From an uncultured Thermoprotei archaeon (GTDB lineage Archaea > Thermoproteota > Thermoprotei > Thermofilales > B15-G2): 64,000 nt of DNA. Every line of letters starts with the position of its first letter. Within the stretch, counting starts at the first letter, position 1. Shown piece by piece: positions 1 through 9,493 of the stretch. The notes below the pieces were generated by a model. It had not been told where the DNA came from. It did not search any database and was given only the letters and a program-made list of their open reading frames with translations. Position numbers and translations under genes: made by a program. Location of the stretch: assembly GCA_965367815.1 (NCBI GenBank), contig CBDUKN010000005.1, positions 85,333-149,332 on the forward strand, read 5' to 3'.

Positions 1-369
1 AAAAAATACGACCCTAAACTGAAGCTATCAGCAGCAGTATTTCCTACACCGCTTATAGCATACAGATATGTCTTCCAGCAGTGGGCTTCATGGAAAATAG
101 ACTTCTTGTGTCCAATGATATATCATAAGTACTACGAAAAGCCTGTAGAGTGGATAGGCAAAGCTACACTTGAATGCGTAGCCACAGGCAAAGAAATATA
201 CTCAGGAATACATGCTTATATGCTAGAAGAGAAAAAAGAAGTTGAAAAAGCAATACAGTATGCTCTAGAAAACGGGGCAGACGGAGTATGCTTTTTCCTA
301 TACCCCTTCCCTCATAAAAACCAGCTAGAATACTTTAAGGAAGCAGTCAAGAAATATTATTGTCAGTAA
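1..369 (+). CDS. Family-10-glycosylhydrolase-like (GHL10/DUF187) protein, C-terminal part, 5' truncated by the window
   Basis: Frame is open from base 1: KKYDPKLKLSAAVFP...QQWASWKIDFLCPMIY...GADGVCFF, matching the 'LSAAVF..Q.W..W..D...PM.Y' pattern. Confidence 0.7.
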   Translation, partial: KKYDPKLKLSAAVFPTPLIAYRYVFQQWASWKIDFLCPMIYHKYYEKPVEWIGKATLECVATGKEIYSGIHAYMLEEKKEVEKAIQYALENGADGVCFFLYPFPHKNQLEYFKEAVKKYYCQ

Positions 370-470
370 ATTATTTTCTTAAACCCAAAGTATAGAAATT
401 TGTTTTCTTTAATTGACTGTCTTACTACACTGCTTATAGCCTAATTTTTGAAAGATTCAGAATTGCTTAC

Positions 471-506
471 TTTTTACCTAAATTCACCTTAATTATTAGG
501 TAAAAA
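471..506. promoter_or_regulatory. 11-bp inverted repeat, candidate ArsR operator
   Basis: TTTTTACCTAA (471-481) and TTAGGTAAAAA (496-506), just upstream of TATA-like TTTATATA (~517-524) before the ArsR gene. Confidence 0.4.
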
Positions 507-567
507 TATAGAAAAATTTATATAAGCTATAAAATTTAATATATACCTAGAGAAAAAAATAATATAG

Positions 568-906
568 GTGAAGCATATAGGTGATACATGTGTGCATGAA
601 CCTAAGGATCTTCGTGAGTTGGCGAAAATACTCTCTATTTTATCAAATCCTATTCGCCTGAGGATGATAGCTATGTTATCTGAAAAGCCTATGTATATTT
701 CGGAAATAGCGCGTCAATTGAATATTCCTTATCCGATAGCTCATCTCCATTTATCGGCTTTGGAGAGAGCAGGTTTCATTAAGGGAGAATACATAATGTA
801 CACAGGAAAACGAGCATACGTTAAAAAATACTACAGGGTTATTCCTTTTAAAATAACTATTACTCCTGATAAAATAAGAAAATTAGCTAGAGGTGAGGAA
901 TTATGA
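568..906 (+). CDS. ArsR/SmtB family winged-HTH regulator
   Basis: LSNPIRLRMIAML..KPMYISEIARQL.....AHLHLSALERAGFI signature. Confidence 0.9.
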   Translation: MKHIGDTCVHEPKDLRELAKILSILSNPIRLRMIAMLSEKPMYISEIARQLNIPYPIAHLHLSALERAGFIKGEYIMYTGKRAYVKKYYRVIPFKITITPDKIRKLARGEEL

Positions 907-1280
907 CTCTCGATGAGGCTACTGCATTAATGGGTGCAGCGATATTTATTGCTGTTTTTGCAGTGCCTATAGCCATGTTTTACTATGTAGGTGAATTTGG
1001 ATTAGATGTCTGGGTTGCGATAGGAGTTTCTGCGCTAGCTATAATTGTAGGAGGAGTTCTAGCTATGGTGACGATGGTGGTCGCTTATCAATCATTGAGT
1101 GAAAGAGGCGGCACTGTAAATAGAATAATGAAGAGAATATGGGAAGAATATGGAGAAAAGGGGCTGGCTTATAGTGCGCGGCAGAGAGCTATGCTCGAAG
1201 AATTAGATGAAATAGTTGAGCTACTTAGAGAGATTCGTGATTTACTTAAAGGTGAATATGATGAGACGAGAAAGTACTAA
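903..1280 (+). CDS. Two-TM membrane protein with C-terminal amphipathic helix (ELLREIRDLLK)
   Basis: Two hydrophobic segments; ATGA overlap with arsR; GGTGA RBS. Confidence 0.8.
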   Translation: MTLDEATALMGAAIFIAVFAVPIAMFYYVGEFGLDVWVAIGVSALAIIVGGVLAMVTMVVAYQSLSERGGTVNRIMKRIWEEYGEKGLAYSARQRAMLEELDEIVELLREIRDLLKGEYDETRKY

Positions 1281-1413
1281 AGAGAAGAAGCTTAAGTACG
1301 CTGATTTAAGTGATAGTGAAGTAGAGGAGCTTATAATGAAGCGTCTTAGAGAAATGAAGGAGCTTTTGAAGGAAATAAGAGATATTCTGAAGGAGGCTGG
1401 TGGATATGAGTAA
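1261..1413 (+). CDS. Small soluble coiled-coil protein (ELLKEIRDILK)
   Basis: GGTGA RBS at 1251-1255 before ATG 1258/1261; C-terminus is paralogous to the upstream protein. Confidence 0.65.
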   Translation: MRRESTKEKKLKYADLSDSEVEELIMKRLREMKELLKEIRDILKEAGGYE

Positions 1414-2197
1414 TTTATTTGACGAGTACTATGCTTATCTTAGCGAGAAAAAGTCTAAGTTTAGGGGTCCTGTAAAAGTTACTTCAAATACTTTATCAGT
1501 AGCGGGGTCTCTTGTACTAAGAGAGGACACTAATATTCCTGCAATTAAAGTTGCTGGGAGCTTAAAGCATTTGGGGAGTATTAAGGCTGAAACCGTTAAG
1601 ATTGCTGGTAGTCTTGAGGTGAAGAACGATCTTGAAGCTGAGAATGTAAGTGTTACCGGAAGTCTTTTTGTGGGAAATAATCTCACAGTAAATAATTTAT
1701 TCAAAATTGCGGGTTCAGCTAACATAAAGGGAAATGTTAAAGGAGGCAGAGTAAAGATTGCGGGTAAACTCAAAGCTACTGACGTTGAATGCGATTACTT
1801 CAGGTCTAGCGGGAAAGTAATACTAAGGAAACTTAAAGCAGACGAAGTGTTTATTGAGCTTCACTCAAGTACATGTCACATAAATGTAATTGAAGGAAAT
1901 GATATTGAAGTAAGGCTTCAGGAAGAATATGAGGAAGATACAGTTACTAGAATAATTTCTAGAGCACTCAGTATTTTATTTGAATGTTTTAGTCTAGAAA
2001 CTCTAGAGAAAGAAGGAAAACTATATTCAAGTAAAATAAAAGGCAAAAACATTTACTTAGAAAATACTGTATGTGAGCTAGTTGAAGGGGATTTTGTTGA
2101 AATAGGCCCTGGCTGTGAAATCGATAAAGTTGTCTATAAGTATGAGTTAATTGGTCATCCAGAGTCGCGTGTAAAAGAATCTGTTAAAATAAGCTAA
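1406..2197 (+). CDS. Bactofilin / polymer-forming cytoskeletal protein (YhbE/YhbF-like)
   Basis: ~17-residue repeats VAGSL/IAGSL/VTGSL/IAGKL (beta-helix); C-terminal IYLENT...VEGDFVEIGPGCEIDKV.Y. Confidence 0.8.
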   Translation: MSNLFDEYYAYLSEKKSKFRGPVKVTSNTLSVAGSLVLREDTNIPAIKVAGSLKHLGSIKAETVKIAGSLEVKNDLEAENVSVTGSLFVGNNLTVNNLFKIAGSANIKGNVKGGRVKIAGKLKATDVECDYFRSSGKVILRKLKADEVFIELHSSTCHINVIEGNDIEVRLQEEYEEDTVTRIISRALSILFECFSLETLEKEGKLYSSKIKGKNIYLENTVCELVEGDFVEIGPGCEIDKVVYKYELIGHPESRVKESVKIS

Positions 2198-2799
2198 GGA
2201 TATATTTTGGCTCCCATAACGCGTGGGTTGTTATCGTATATTTCTTTTATATGAAATATATAGACTGGTGTTTTGCTCCAGTCTCGTTGCTTTTTCCCAC
2301 CATGATATAAATCGTGTACTGCATTGACGTACTTCCAGTATACGTCGTTTTCATGTATAGTTACAGTGCATCTTACTTCATACGTTATATTAGGAGGTAT
2401 ATAGAATAAGAGAGTTGCAGTAGGGTTTTTACGAACATTAGTCCATGTATGGCGTTTAGCTAATTCAATAGATGTTAATTTACTGAAATCTACTTTATTT
2501 TCATCATAAACGAGCTCTAAGAGTATTTTAAGAGCTTCTTTTGAGTCAATACCTTTCTCCAAGCATTCGAGTAATTTATTCGTAGTCTCTTCTAAGTACT
2601 CCTCCTTTAATATAAATCCAACACCCTTTATTGATGCATTGAGGCCTGCTGGACCATAGCTTACTACTGCTGGTGTATGCCTAAGAAAACCTATGAGAAA
2701 GTCTTCTCTAGTGCTTTTGCCTTTGAGGACACGCTGTATGAGTTCTTTTCTCTCAGTGAAGATATGTTTAATAAATTGAGCGGGAATACTGCTCATCAA
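2194..2799 (-). CDS. Pyridoxamine-5'-phosphate-oxidase-like flavin-binding split-barrel protein
   Basis: NASIKG...HTWTNVRKNPTATLLF...YIFHIKEIYDN. Confidence 0.6.
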   Translation of the reverse strand: MMSSIPAQFIKHIFTERKELIQRVLKGKSTREDFLIGFLRHTPAVVSYGPAGLNASIKGVGFILKEEYLEETTNKLLECLEKGIDSKEALKILLELVYDENKVDFSKLTSIELAKRHTWTNVRKNPTATLLFYIPPNITYEVRCTVTIHENDVYWKYVNAVHDLYHGGKKQRDWSKTPVYIFHIKEIYDNNPRVMGAKIYP

Positions 2800-2820
2800 A
2801 GAATATTGTAATTATGTTAC

Positions 2821-3522
2821 TTAAATATATTTGAGAGCTTTTACAGGAATCTTGTATAGTTGGGTTAATTTATTTACTGTTGAACGCATAGCTACAAGAG
2901 CAAAAGCTCCTATAGGGTTTGCCTTAGCTATTTTACATGCATCAAGTAAAGCCGAAATTGTAGCCCCTGAGCGAATAATGTCGTCTACAACTAGTATTTT
3001 TTCATCTGGTTTAAGTATGTTCTTAGGTAAGTATAGGTACGAGTATAGTCCACTTGGAAAAACTCTTTTTATCTCAATAAAGTCTCTCACACCTATTTCT
3101 TTTCTATGTTTAGCTATAGCTATGTCGACTCCTATTTTCTCTGCTATAAGGACGGCTAGAGGTATGCCGTCTGTTTCTACAGTTAAAACTTTTTCTACTT
3201 CACTAAACTCTTCTACAACTACGCTTGCAACTAAACTTAAAAGCTGTGTATCACTAATGATTTTAGATACATCTACTACGCCATTAGTTAGTTTTAATTT
3301 TCTATCGAGTAATTTAGGCAGTAATGTTTCGTGAAATTTATTTATTATTTCTCTGGCTCTTTCTGTGCTTGGAAGTATTCTCCCATTGATATATTGGCTT
3401 AAAAGTGAGGGTGATAGATTAAATACTGGTGAAAGTTCATCATATGAGAATTCTTTCTTAAGTACCCTTAGTACTTCTACTGATATTAGCTTTAGTCTAA
3501 GAGAGTCTAGTTTTCCCGACAT
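2821..3522 (-). CDS. HTH + type I phosphoribosyltransferase (PurR/Apt-like)
   Basis: N-terminal HTH (LSQYINGRILPS); PRPP motif ILVVDDIIRSGAT. Confidence 0.85.
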   Translation of the reverse strand: MSGKLDSLRLKLISVEVLRVLKKEFSYDELSPVFNLSPSLLSQYINGRILPSTERAREIINKFHETLLPKLLDRKLKLTNGVVDVSKIISDTQLLSLVASVVVEEFSEVEKVLTVETDGIPLAVLIAEKIGVDIAIAKHRKEIGVRDFIEIKRVFPSGLYSYLYLPKNILKPDEKILVVDDIIRSGATISALLDACKIAKANPIGAFALVAMRSTVNKLTQLYKIPVKALKYI

Positions 3523-3712
3523 TCAAGTATATAATTGAGTGATAAGAGTTTAAAAATTTGTTTAACTTATTTTAGTACTAAGAGTTCTGTTAAACTTATC
3601 CTGCTCTCTTAAACAAGTTAGTACATTATATAGTAGTGGTAAATGATAAAGATTTGCAGAAAAATCTCGGGGAACAAGGTAAATAATTTTATTAAAAAAT
3701 AACACAGAATAT

Positions 3713-4834
3713 TTAGCCTGTTAATATTATCTTTTTAACGAAGTTTATTACTTCTGCTTGATCTCCTTTCTCTCTAATTGCTTCGAGTTCATCTTTTCTA
3801 GCGTATATTAAGAGCGCTTTCTTAAGGCAGTTTGCTATAAATTCTTTCGATAGTGCCATTGCTCTAACAGGATTCATCCTATAGGTAAACTGGTCTTCAC
3901 CATACCAGCCGTCGTAACCTATGTCGATTGTCGCGTAAAGGAAGTCTACATAGCGCCAAATATCTCCTGTTCCGGCTACTCTATCTTCATCGTTGCTATG
4001 TAGCTTAGCTGTGTTTGAATGTATGTTAAGTAGAGGAACTCCAAGTACTTTTAGTGCATACACTGTTTGAGAAGGCTCTGACGCATACATTTGTTCGTGA
4101 CCATAGTCAATACAGACTCCCATGTTATCTACTCCGCATTCTCTATTTACTTCTTTAGCAATGAACGCCGCTAAGTGCGTTGTCGGTATCACCATATTTC
4201 CTTCACGAGGCTCATGAAGTTTTGCTTCGACGCAGAACTTTAATCCATTTTTATGAGCTTCTTTATTTATTGTAATGCATGCATCTATAAACATTTCAAG
4301 CTGTTTACCGTAATTTACTTCAAAGTTGTAGTCCCAGCCATCAGAGCCAGGCCACAAGTTTACTGTTCCACAGCCTAATTTCTTAGCTATTTCAATAGCT
4401 TTAAGAGCTTGTTGTAGAGCTTCTTCTCTGATTTCTTTCTTTACATTGGTTACTCCACCCATTTTGTACTTAGGGTCCGTCCAGAGATTCATGTTCATGT
4501 TTGTTGCAACCATGTCGTGTTCTTTCAAGAACTCTTTTACTTCAGCTATTTTATCTTCATTTATTTCGCCTTTTTCATTTAAAAATAGTACATCGTGGAA
4601 CTCTACTCCCTTGATGCCAGCTTTATATACTCGCTCAAGCTGAGAAATAATGTCGCTTTTAAGCTCAGGGAAGTATCCTTTGGTAGCAAATCTGTCCATG
4701 AAGTCTCCTGCTGCCCAGTGTCCAGCAGCTATTTTTATGTCAAAGTCCTTTATGAATTCTTCAAGTTTTTCTCCTTCAAGGTACCCTACATAGTATGTTT
4801 CAAGTTTGCTTAAATTCTCTCTAGTTATTTTCAC
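3713..4834 (-). CDS. Xylose isomerase family protein
   Basis: FHD, W.G.DG, EAKLHEPR, DYGHE and DEDR metal-site motifs. Confidence 0.8.
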   Translation of the reverse strand: MKITRENLSKLETYYVGYLEGEKLEEFIKDFDIKIAAGHWAAGDFMDRFATKGYFPELKSDIISQLERVYKAGIKGVEFHDVLFLNEKGEINEDKIAEVKEFLKEHDMVATNMNMNLWTDPKYKMGGVTNVKKEIREEALQQALKAIEIAKKLGCGTVNLWPGSDGWDYNFEVNYGKQLEMFIDACITINKEAHKNGLKFCVEAKLHEPREGNMVIPTTHLAAFIAKEVNRECGVDNMGVCIDYGHEQMYASEPSQTVYALKVLGVPLLNIHSNTAKLHSNDEDRVAGTGDIWRYVDFLYATIDIGYDGWYGEDQFTYRMNPVRAMALSKEFIANCLKKALLIYARKDELEAIREKGDQAEVINFVKKIILTG

Positions 4835-4968
4835 ATTTTTTTCTCAGCTACAAAATATTTAAAACTAAGTACCGAAGTATGATTTAAATCAGTTTGACAG
4901 AAACGTTTTCTAAATATCGAAGCTGTACCTCTGATTAAAGTAAAGAAGAAAAAATAATAGTTTAAAAA

Positions 4969-5877
4969 TTATAGGTATTCTTTCCAATACTTTACGCTTT
5001 CAACTAAATCATTTATAACTGTTTCTTCTTTTGCTTCAAATGGATGAATTACTTCTAAGAACAAGTAGACTTTACTTGCTCCTCCTTTTTCTAAGGCTTT
5101 TATTACTTTATCTGGTTTGATTATTCCGATTTTATTATACTGTTCTGTGAATGGCCAGTGTCTGTCGGCTTTCCCGTCTGTTTGCTGTATATGCAGGCAT
5201 GGCGTGTCTTTAGCAAGAGCTTTTAGCCATTCATAGGGATCAAGATCTTTCTTGGAAGCAGCTTTAGGATTACACGCATGTCCTACATCAATGCATAGCT
5301 TTACGGGTATCGCTGAATACTTGTTTACTTCTTTCAGTATATTTTTAGCTTCTTCGATGCTAGCTGGAGGTTCTCGGCTTATGGGCATCGGCTCCCATAG
5401 TATATTCTCTAAGCCATATGCCTTAGCATACCTTGTTAATTCAGATACCTCTTCTAAAAGCACTTTAAGTAGGAAGTTTCTTCTCTCCTCGTTTTCATAG
5501 TCGTGTACAGTCATAGCGCCAATATGTCCGCCTGTAGCTTTAGCTCCAAGAATAGAGGTTATTTTTACTGCTCTGCAGTACCAGTCTAGTGCATCGAGTC
5601 TGAACAAGGGATTTGGATGTAGAAGCATGTTGAAGCTGTATGCTGCTAAGCCTGTAAAAGTACTGTGAATTTCTACACCATATTCTTTGAGAGCATCTAT
5701 GCATTCATTTAAGTATACTTCAATTGAGTTCCAGGAAGATTTAGGGTCGAGTAAGTCGAAGCTAAACTGGACATATTTTACTTCAAGCTTAGTTGCAGTA
5801 ATTTCGATCCATGCTTTAGGTTCAACTAATCTTTTTACAGCCCAACAATTATTTACTCCTAATAGAAACTCTGTCAC
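4969..5877 (-). CDS. Sugar phosphate isomerase/epimerase (xylose-isomerase-like TIM barrel)
   Basis: WEPM, CIDVGH, HIQQTDG..DRHWPF and FLEV motifs. Confidence 0.8.
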   Translation of the reverse strand: MTEFLLGVNNCWAVKRLVEPKAWIEITATKLEVKYVQFSFDLLDPKSSWNSIEVYLNECIDALKEYGVEIHSTFTGLAAYSFNMLLHPNPLFRLDALDWYCRAVKITSILGAKATGGHIGAMTVHDYENEERRNFLLKVLLEEVSELTRYAKAYGLENILWEPMPISREPPASIEEAKNILKEVNKYSAIPVKLCIDVGHACNPKAASKKDLDPYEWLKALAKDTPCLHIQQTDGKADRHWPFTEQYNKIGIIKPDKVIKALEKGGASKVYLFLEVIHPFEAKEETVINDLVESVKYWKEYL

Positions 5878-6247
5878 ATTTCTTTATATTCTTAAAAAAT
5901 ATAAAAAACTAAGCGAGAGTAAATTCTGGTTAACAGCATTTATACTACCTCAAATATCTTTTTTGTCGTTGAACAGGTAATAATAGATGAAAAGAGATAA
6001 ATAGAAATTGAGGAAAAGGTGAAGTGTCTAAAAAGGCTGAGGGTAAATACCAGAACATAATCAATGAAAAACCGATAAAGAATCTAAATAAACCAAATAT
6101 TAATTTGGTTAAAATATTTAACAAATATCATAACACTAATATTTATTTACTAAAATTAAATGAAAAAATAAGAACCAGTATTGGTAGTAGTAAGGGAAAA
6201 AATTCCTGCTTTTTGATATCTAGTCTAAAGACCCCCTCGGTGAGAAC

Positions 6248-6281
6248 GAAAAAGGTGCACTCTTTCATGAAAAAGGTGCAC
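6248..6281 (+). repeat. 13-bp direct repeat with 21-bp period, candidate operator
   Basis: GAAAAAGGTGCAC at 6248-6260 and 6269-6281 in an AT-rich ~500-bp intergenic region. Confidence 0.55.
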
Positions 6282-6375
6282 GAGGTGGCTATATTCGAGA
6301 TAGTTTTAATAAATATGCTTATATTGGTGTTTTTTCTAGTATTATTAAAAAATAGTGTTGCAAAGGTGTAGACAA

Positions 6376-7383
6376 ATGATGTTTGATAGCAAAACTTACA
6401 AAATATTAAGTACTCTACACTTGAATCCATTGAACTTAATGGAAATCTCAAGAGCTACAGGTATACCTTACTCTACGCTAAGGCGACGGATAAATAAGCT
6501 TAGAACACAGATCAGAGTCTTCGCTAGACCTAATTACTGGAGACTGGGCTTAGCCCCTATGGTATATCTTCTGCCTTTCAGTGAAAAAGACTTTGATGTC
6601 TTCAGTAAAGCATACTACACTAGAAGTTTAATTAAATTCTTCCATAGAGGAGGAAGAAAACTCTTCGTGTATTTGACAATACCAATGGAGTTTAAGAGCA
6701 TAATAGATGTTGTACTAAGGTCTACTGCTGAAGTATATTTTGCTGATGAAGTAATAGAAATGACGTCTCCTAAGGAATTTAAGCCCGAGGTCGACTGGGA
6801 GGAGGTATTTAATATTGTTGTAAAAACAGAAGAAAAGAAGATAGAGATTGCAAAAGAAGAAGTATTTGATGTGAAAGATCTGCTTATTATAAGAGAGCTT
6901 GAAAAAGATTCACTAATAACATTCAAGAACATAGCTGAAACAGTTGGAATAAGTGAGGAACTTTGTCTTTACCACTATTACAGGCATATTATTGAGAGAA
7001 AATTGATAAAAGAGTTTACAGTAAGAGTGAAGATAAGTAAAGAAGAAATACCTTCATTGCTATTTATTATAGAAGCTAAAAGAAATATTACTGGTTTAAT
7101 AAAAGGCTTTCAGAAAATACACTATGTAGAGGATATTTACTTAACGCGTAATAAGTATATTTTAGTTCAAATACAGCTTCCTTCAAGCTACTGGGTGAAT
7201 TTATTCAGACTGCTAGATAGGCTACAAGAAGAAGACATAGTCAAGGAATATGATGTACTAGTACAAGACCCTAAGGTATGCCTAGAGCTTCCACTAAACG
7301 ATAAGGCCTGGAATGAGACCCATAGACGCTGGATGATAGACCCTGTTCTAGAAGAAATCATTAGGAGTAGACGTAAAGCCTAG
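6376..7383 (+). CDS. Duplicated Lrp/AsnC-type (two wHTH) transcriptional regulator
   Basis: N-terminal HTH (LMEISRATGIPYSTLRRRI) and internal FDVKDLLIIRELEKDS...IAETVGIS. Confidence 0.75.
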   Translation: MMFDSKTYKILSTLHLNPLNLMEISRATGIPYSTLRRRINKLRTQIRVFARPNYWRLGLAPMVYLLPFSEKDFDVFSKAYYTRSLIKFFHRGGRKLFVYLTIPMEFKSIIDVVLRSTAEVYFADEVIEMTSPKEFKPEVDWEEVFNIVVKTEEKKIEIAKEEVFDVKDLLIIRELEKDSLITFKNIAETVGISEELCLYHYYRHIIERKLIKEFTVRVKISKEEIPSLLFIIEAKRNITGLIKGFQKIHYVEDIYLTRNKYILVQIQLPSSYWVNLFRLLDRLQEEDIVKEYDVLVQDPKVCLELPLNDKAWNETHRRWMIDPVLEEIIRSRRKA

Positions 7384-7723
7384 CTTCACTGTAGCTTATT
7401 TCATGTTGCTTTTTCTTCCAATAGTACTTGTAGTAGTCTTTTACAAATTTCTTAACAAGCTGCTCAAATCTAATAGGATCTCTTTTTCTCAGTTCTCTGA
7501 GCTCTTTCTCTAATTCAGGACAACTTAAGCCCCCATTAGGTTTAAGTAAAGTCTGAAACTGTTTTTCTACATAAAGAACTAGCGGATGATTTTCTCTAAG
7601 GCGCTCGACTTCAGTAGTTAAAGTGCTTTCACCTATTTCATCTAGTGTTCTTAAAATCAGTTCGCTTAAAAGAAACCATACAACTAGGTTACTCATCAAG
7701 TAAATAGGGGAAGAGTCTTTCAT
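7361..7723 (-). CDS. Hypothetical protein
   Basis: Overlaps the upstream gene's stop codon; typical codon usage; start may be at 7696. Confidence 0.55.
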   Translation of the reverse strand: MKDSSPIYLMSNLVVWFLLSELILRTLDEIGESTLTTEVERLRENHPLVLYVEKQFQTLLKPNGGLSCPELEKELRELRKRDPIRFEQLVKKFVKDYYKYYWKKKQHEISYSEARLYVYS

Positions 7724-8616
7724 ATCTTTTTCTTCGAGGCGATTTTCTCTTTGATTTTTTGCATTTTAAGTACTTGATATATGTTAACGTTGCTGTCTAC
7801 TTCTAAGTACTTCTCTGCTACTTCTAGAGCTTTTAATCCATCATTACTTAAAACAAGTATTGTAGTTTCAGATGGAGAAGAGCCTGCGTTACCTAAAGCT
7901 ATGTCTGCTTCAAAAGGTATAAAGCACTTGCAGCTAAGACACTTAGTGCTAGACTTAAGTTCTGAAAGCTTTATTGATACTATTGAGGAGCCGATATATA
8001 TTTTTAAATCTTTTTTAACTACTTCCATTCTATTAATTTTTTCTACATTAATGTTATTTGATTCAAGAATATTTTTAATACTTGATAAATAGAAGTTTTT
8101 AAAGCAGAAAAGCCCTATTTTTAAGAACTTTACTCCCATTAACTTCTCTAAGTTAAATGCAGCTCTAATATGGCACGGCAAGCCTATAATGCAGACTTTC
8201 TTATCTTTGACTCTAGAGAAGTCTATTTCTTGAAGTATGGGTGTATAAAAGTACCTTGAACCAGATATTTTAACAGCGTCGCTGCTATTGGTAATTGAAA
8301 TAGCTCGAGGTGCATTAAAGTCTCTCGCAGCTGCCACGGCTTCGTCCACAGCTTTTTCTTCAAGTAGCGCGTAGACAATGGTTGAAGCGACTCCTCCGTT
8401 TTGAGCAATCTGAGCTATGTTTTCTAGTCTTGTTTTGGCTTTAGCAGAGTATTTAATGTTTATGTCTTTAGTTAAAGTCATGTCAGGACATACTTTTTTA
8501 CATATACTGCATCCTATGCATTTTTCTTTATTTAAGTGTATTTTTTCATCAATAATAGATAGAGCTTTTGTAGGGCATACTGCTATACATGCTCCACAGA
8601 GCGAGCAGGGCTTCAT
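7720..8616 (-). CDS. Coenzyme F420 hydrogenase/dehydrogenase beta-subunit family (FrhB/FdhB-like) with N-terminal 2x[4Fe-4S]
   Basis: CxxCxxCxxxCP twice; AQNGG.AS, SGSRY, GLPCH, IGLFC, C..C and DIALG. Confidence 0.85.
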   Translation of the reverse strand: MKPCSLCGACIAVCPTKALSIIDEKIHLNKEKCIGCSICKKVCPDMTLTKDINIKYSAKAKTRLENIAQIAQNGGVASTIVYALLEEKAVDEAVAAARDFNAPRAISITNSSDAVKISGSRYFYTPILQEIDFSRVKDKKVCIIGLPCHIRAAFNLEKLMGVKFLKIGLFCFKNFYLSSIKNILESNNINVEKINRMEVVKKDLKIYIGSSIVSIKLSELKSSTKCLSCKCFIPFEADIALGNAGSSPSETTILVLSNDGLKALEVAEKYLEVDSNVNIYQVLKMQKIKEKIASKKKI

Positions 8617-9377
8617 TTAAATAACCACTTGTTTTCGGGCATATTAAGTTCTCTGGCGCTTGCTTTATCTGAAGCCTTGTACTTAAGTCCCTTAATTACT
8701 GCGACCGGAATTCCTTCAGCACCGTTACCCATAACAAGTTCTGCTGCTGAAGCTATTTCGTCGGCTATGGCTATTCTTTTTACTCGAAGAATATAGCCAA
8801 ATAGATCTTCTGTGCCTCTATAATCTTTGAATACTTCAATGCCGGCGGCTCCTATAGCCATGTTTATGTGTCCCTCTCTTAGAGGTCTTCCATAAGTATC
8901 CGTAATTATTACTGCTACATTTTTCCCTGTAAGTTCTCTGATTCTTTTTCTTATTTTTCTCGCACTTTCATCTGGATTTTCCGGTAAAAGAGCAACTATT
9001 TCGGAAGTCCCGGCTACATTAGACTTATCTACTCCAGCATTAGCGCAAACTAATCCGTGCTTAGTTGTTACTATGAGATGTCCTCGAACAGCCTTAACGA
9101 CTTTAATACTCTCTCTAAGTATTACTTCGACTAAACGAGGGTCTTTACCAGTTATTTCTGCTATTTTTAGGGCTTTTTCTGAAGGCACTATTTCGCTCAG
9201 CTTAACTACTCTGCCTTCGGCTTTAGAGACTATTTTACTCGAGACTACAATTATATCTCCGTCAGCTATCTCAACGTTGTTCTTTTTTGCTGTCTCGACG
9301 ATTAGTAAACCTAAGTCGTCGCCTTCACGCACTAAAGGGAAATTTTCTAGACCTATTATTTTAACTTCAATAGGCAT
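8613..9377 (-). CDS. cofE: Coenzyme F420-0:L-glutamate ligase
   Basis: GDIIVVSSKIVSKAEG, CANAGVDKSN, IITDTYGRPLR, ADEIASAAELVMG. Confidence 0.93.
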   Translation of the reverse strand: MPIEVKIIGLENFPLVREGDDLGLLIVETAKKNNVEIADGDIIVVSSKIVSKAEGRVVKLSEIVPSEKALKIAEITGKDPRLVEVILRESIKVVKAVRGHLIVTTKHGLVCANAGVDKSNVAGTSEIVALLPENPDESARKIRKRIRELTGKNVAVIITDTYGRPLREGHINMAIGAAGIEVFKDYRGTEDLFGYILRVKRIAIADEIASAAELVMGNGAEGIPVAVIKGLKYKASDKASARELNMPENKWLFK

Positions 9378-9493
9378 GTGTTACTTAATTCTAGCTCAGT
9401 ATTTGTGATATTCGGTATACATATCCAAGCGAATACTTCTAATGCATAGGAGAAGTCAGATTTATGTGTCTGCACCCACTATAGCTATAGAGT

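Noticed and set aside
4879-4910. Palindromes TGATTTAAATCA and GAAACGTTTTC upstream of the isomerase gene
   Set aside because: Short and AT-rich, with no second copy seen; could be operators but unsupported
6024-6451. ORFs 6024..6371 (+) and 6143..6451 (-)
   Set aside because: Low-complexity Asn/Lys/Phe-rich translations of an AT-rich regulatory spacer, overlapping each other and the real regulator gene
6376-7383. Possible fused siroheme decarboxylase AhbAB
   Set aside because: Shares the duplicated Lrp-like architecture but lacks the H-x-Y-x-R motifs; a regulator is more likely
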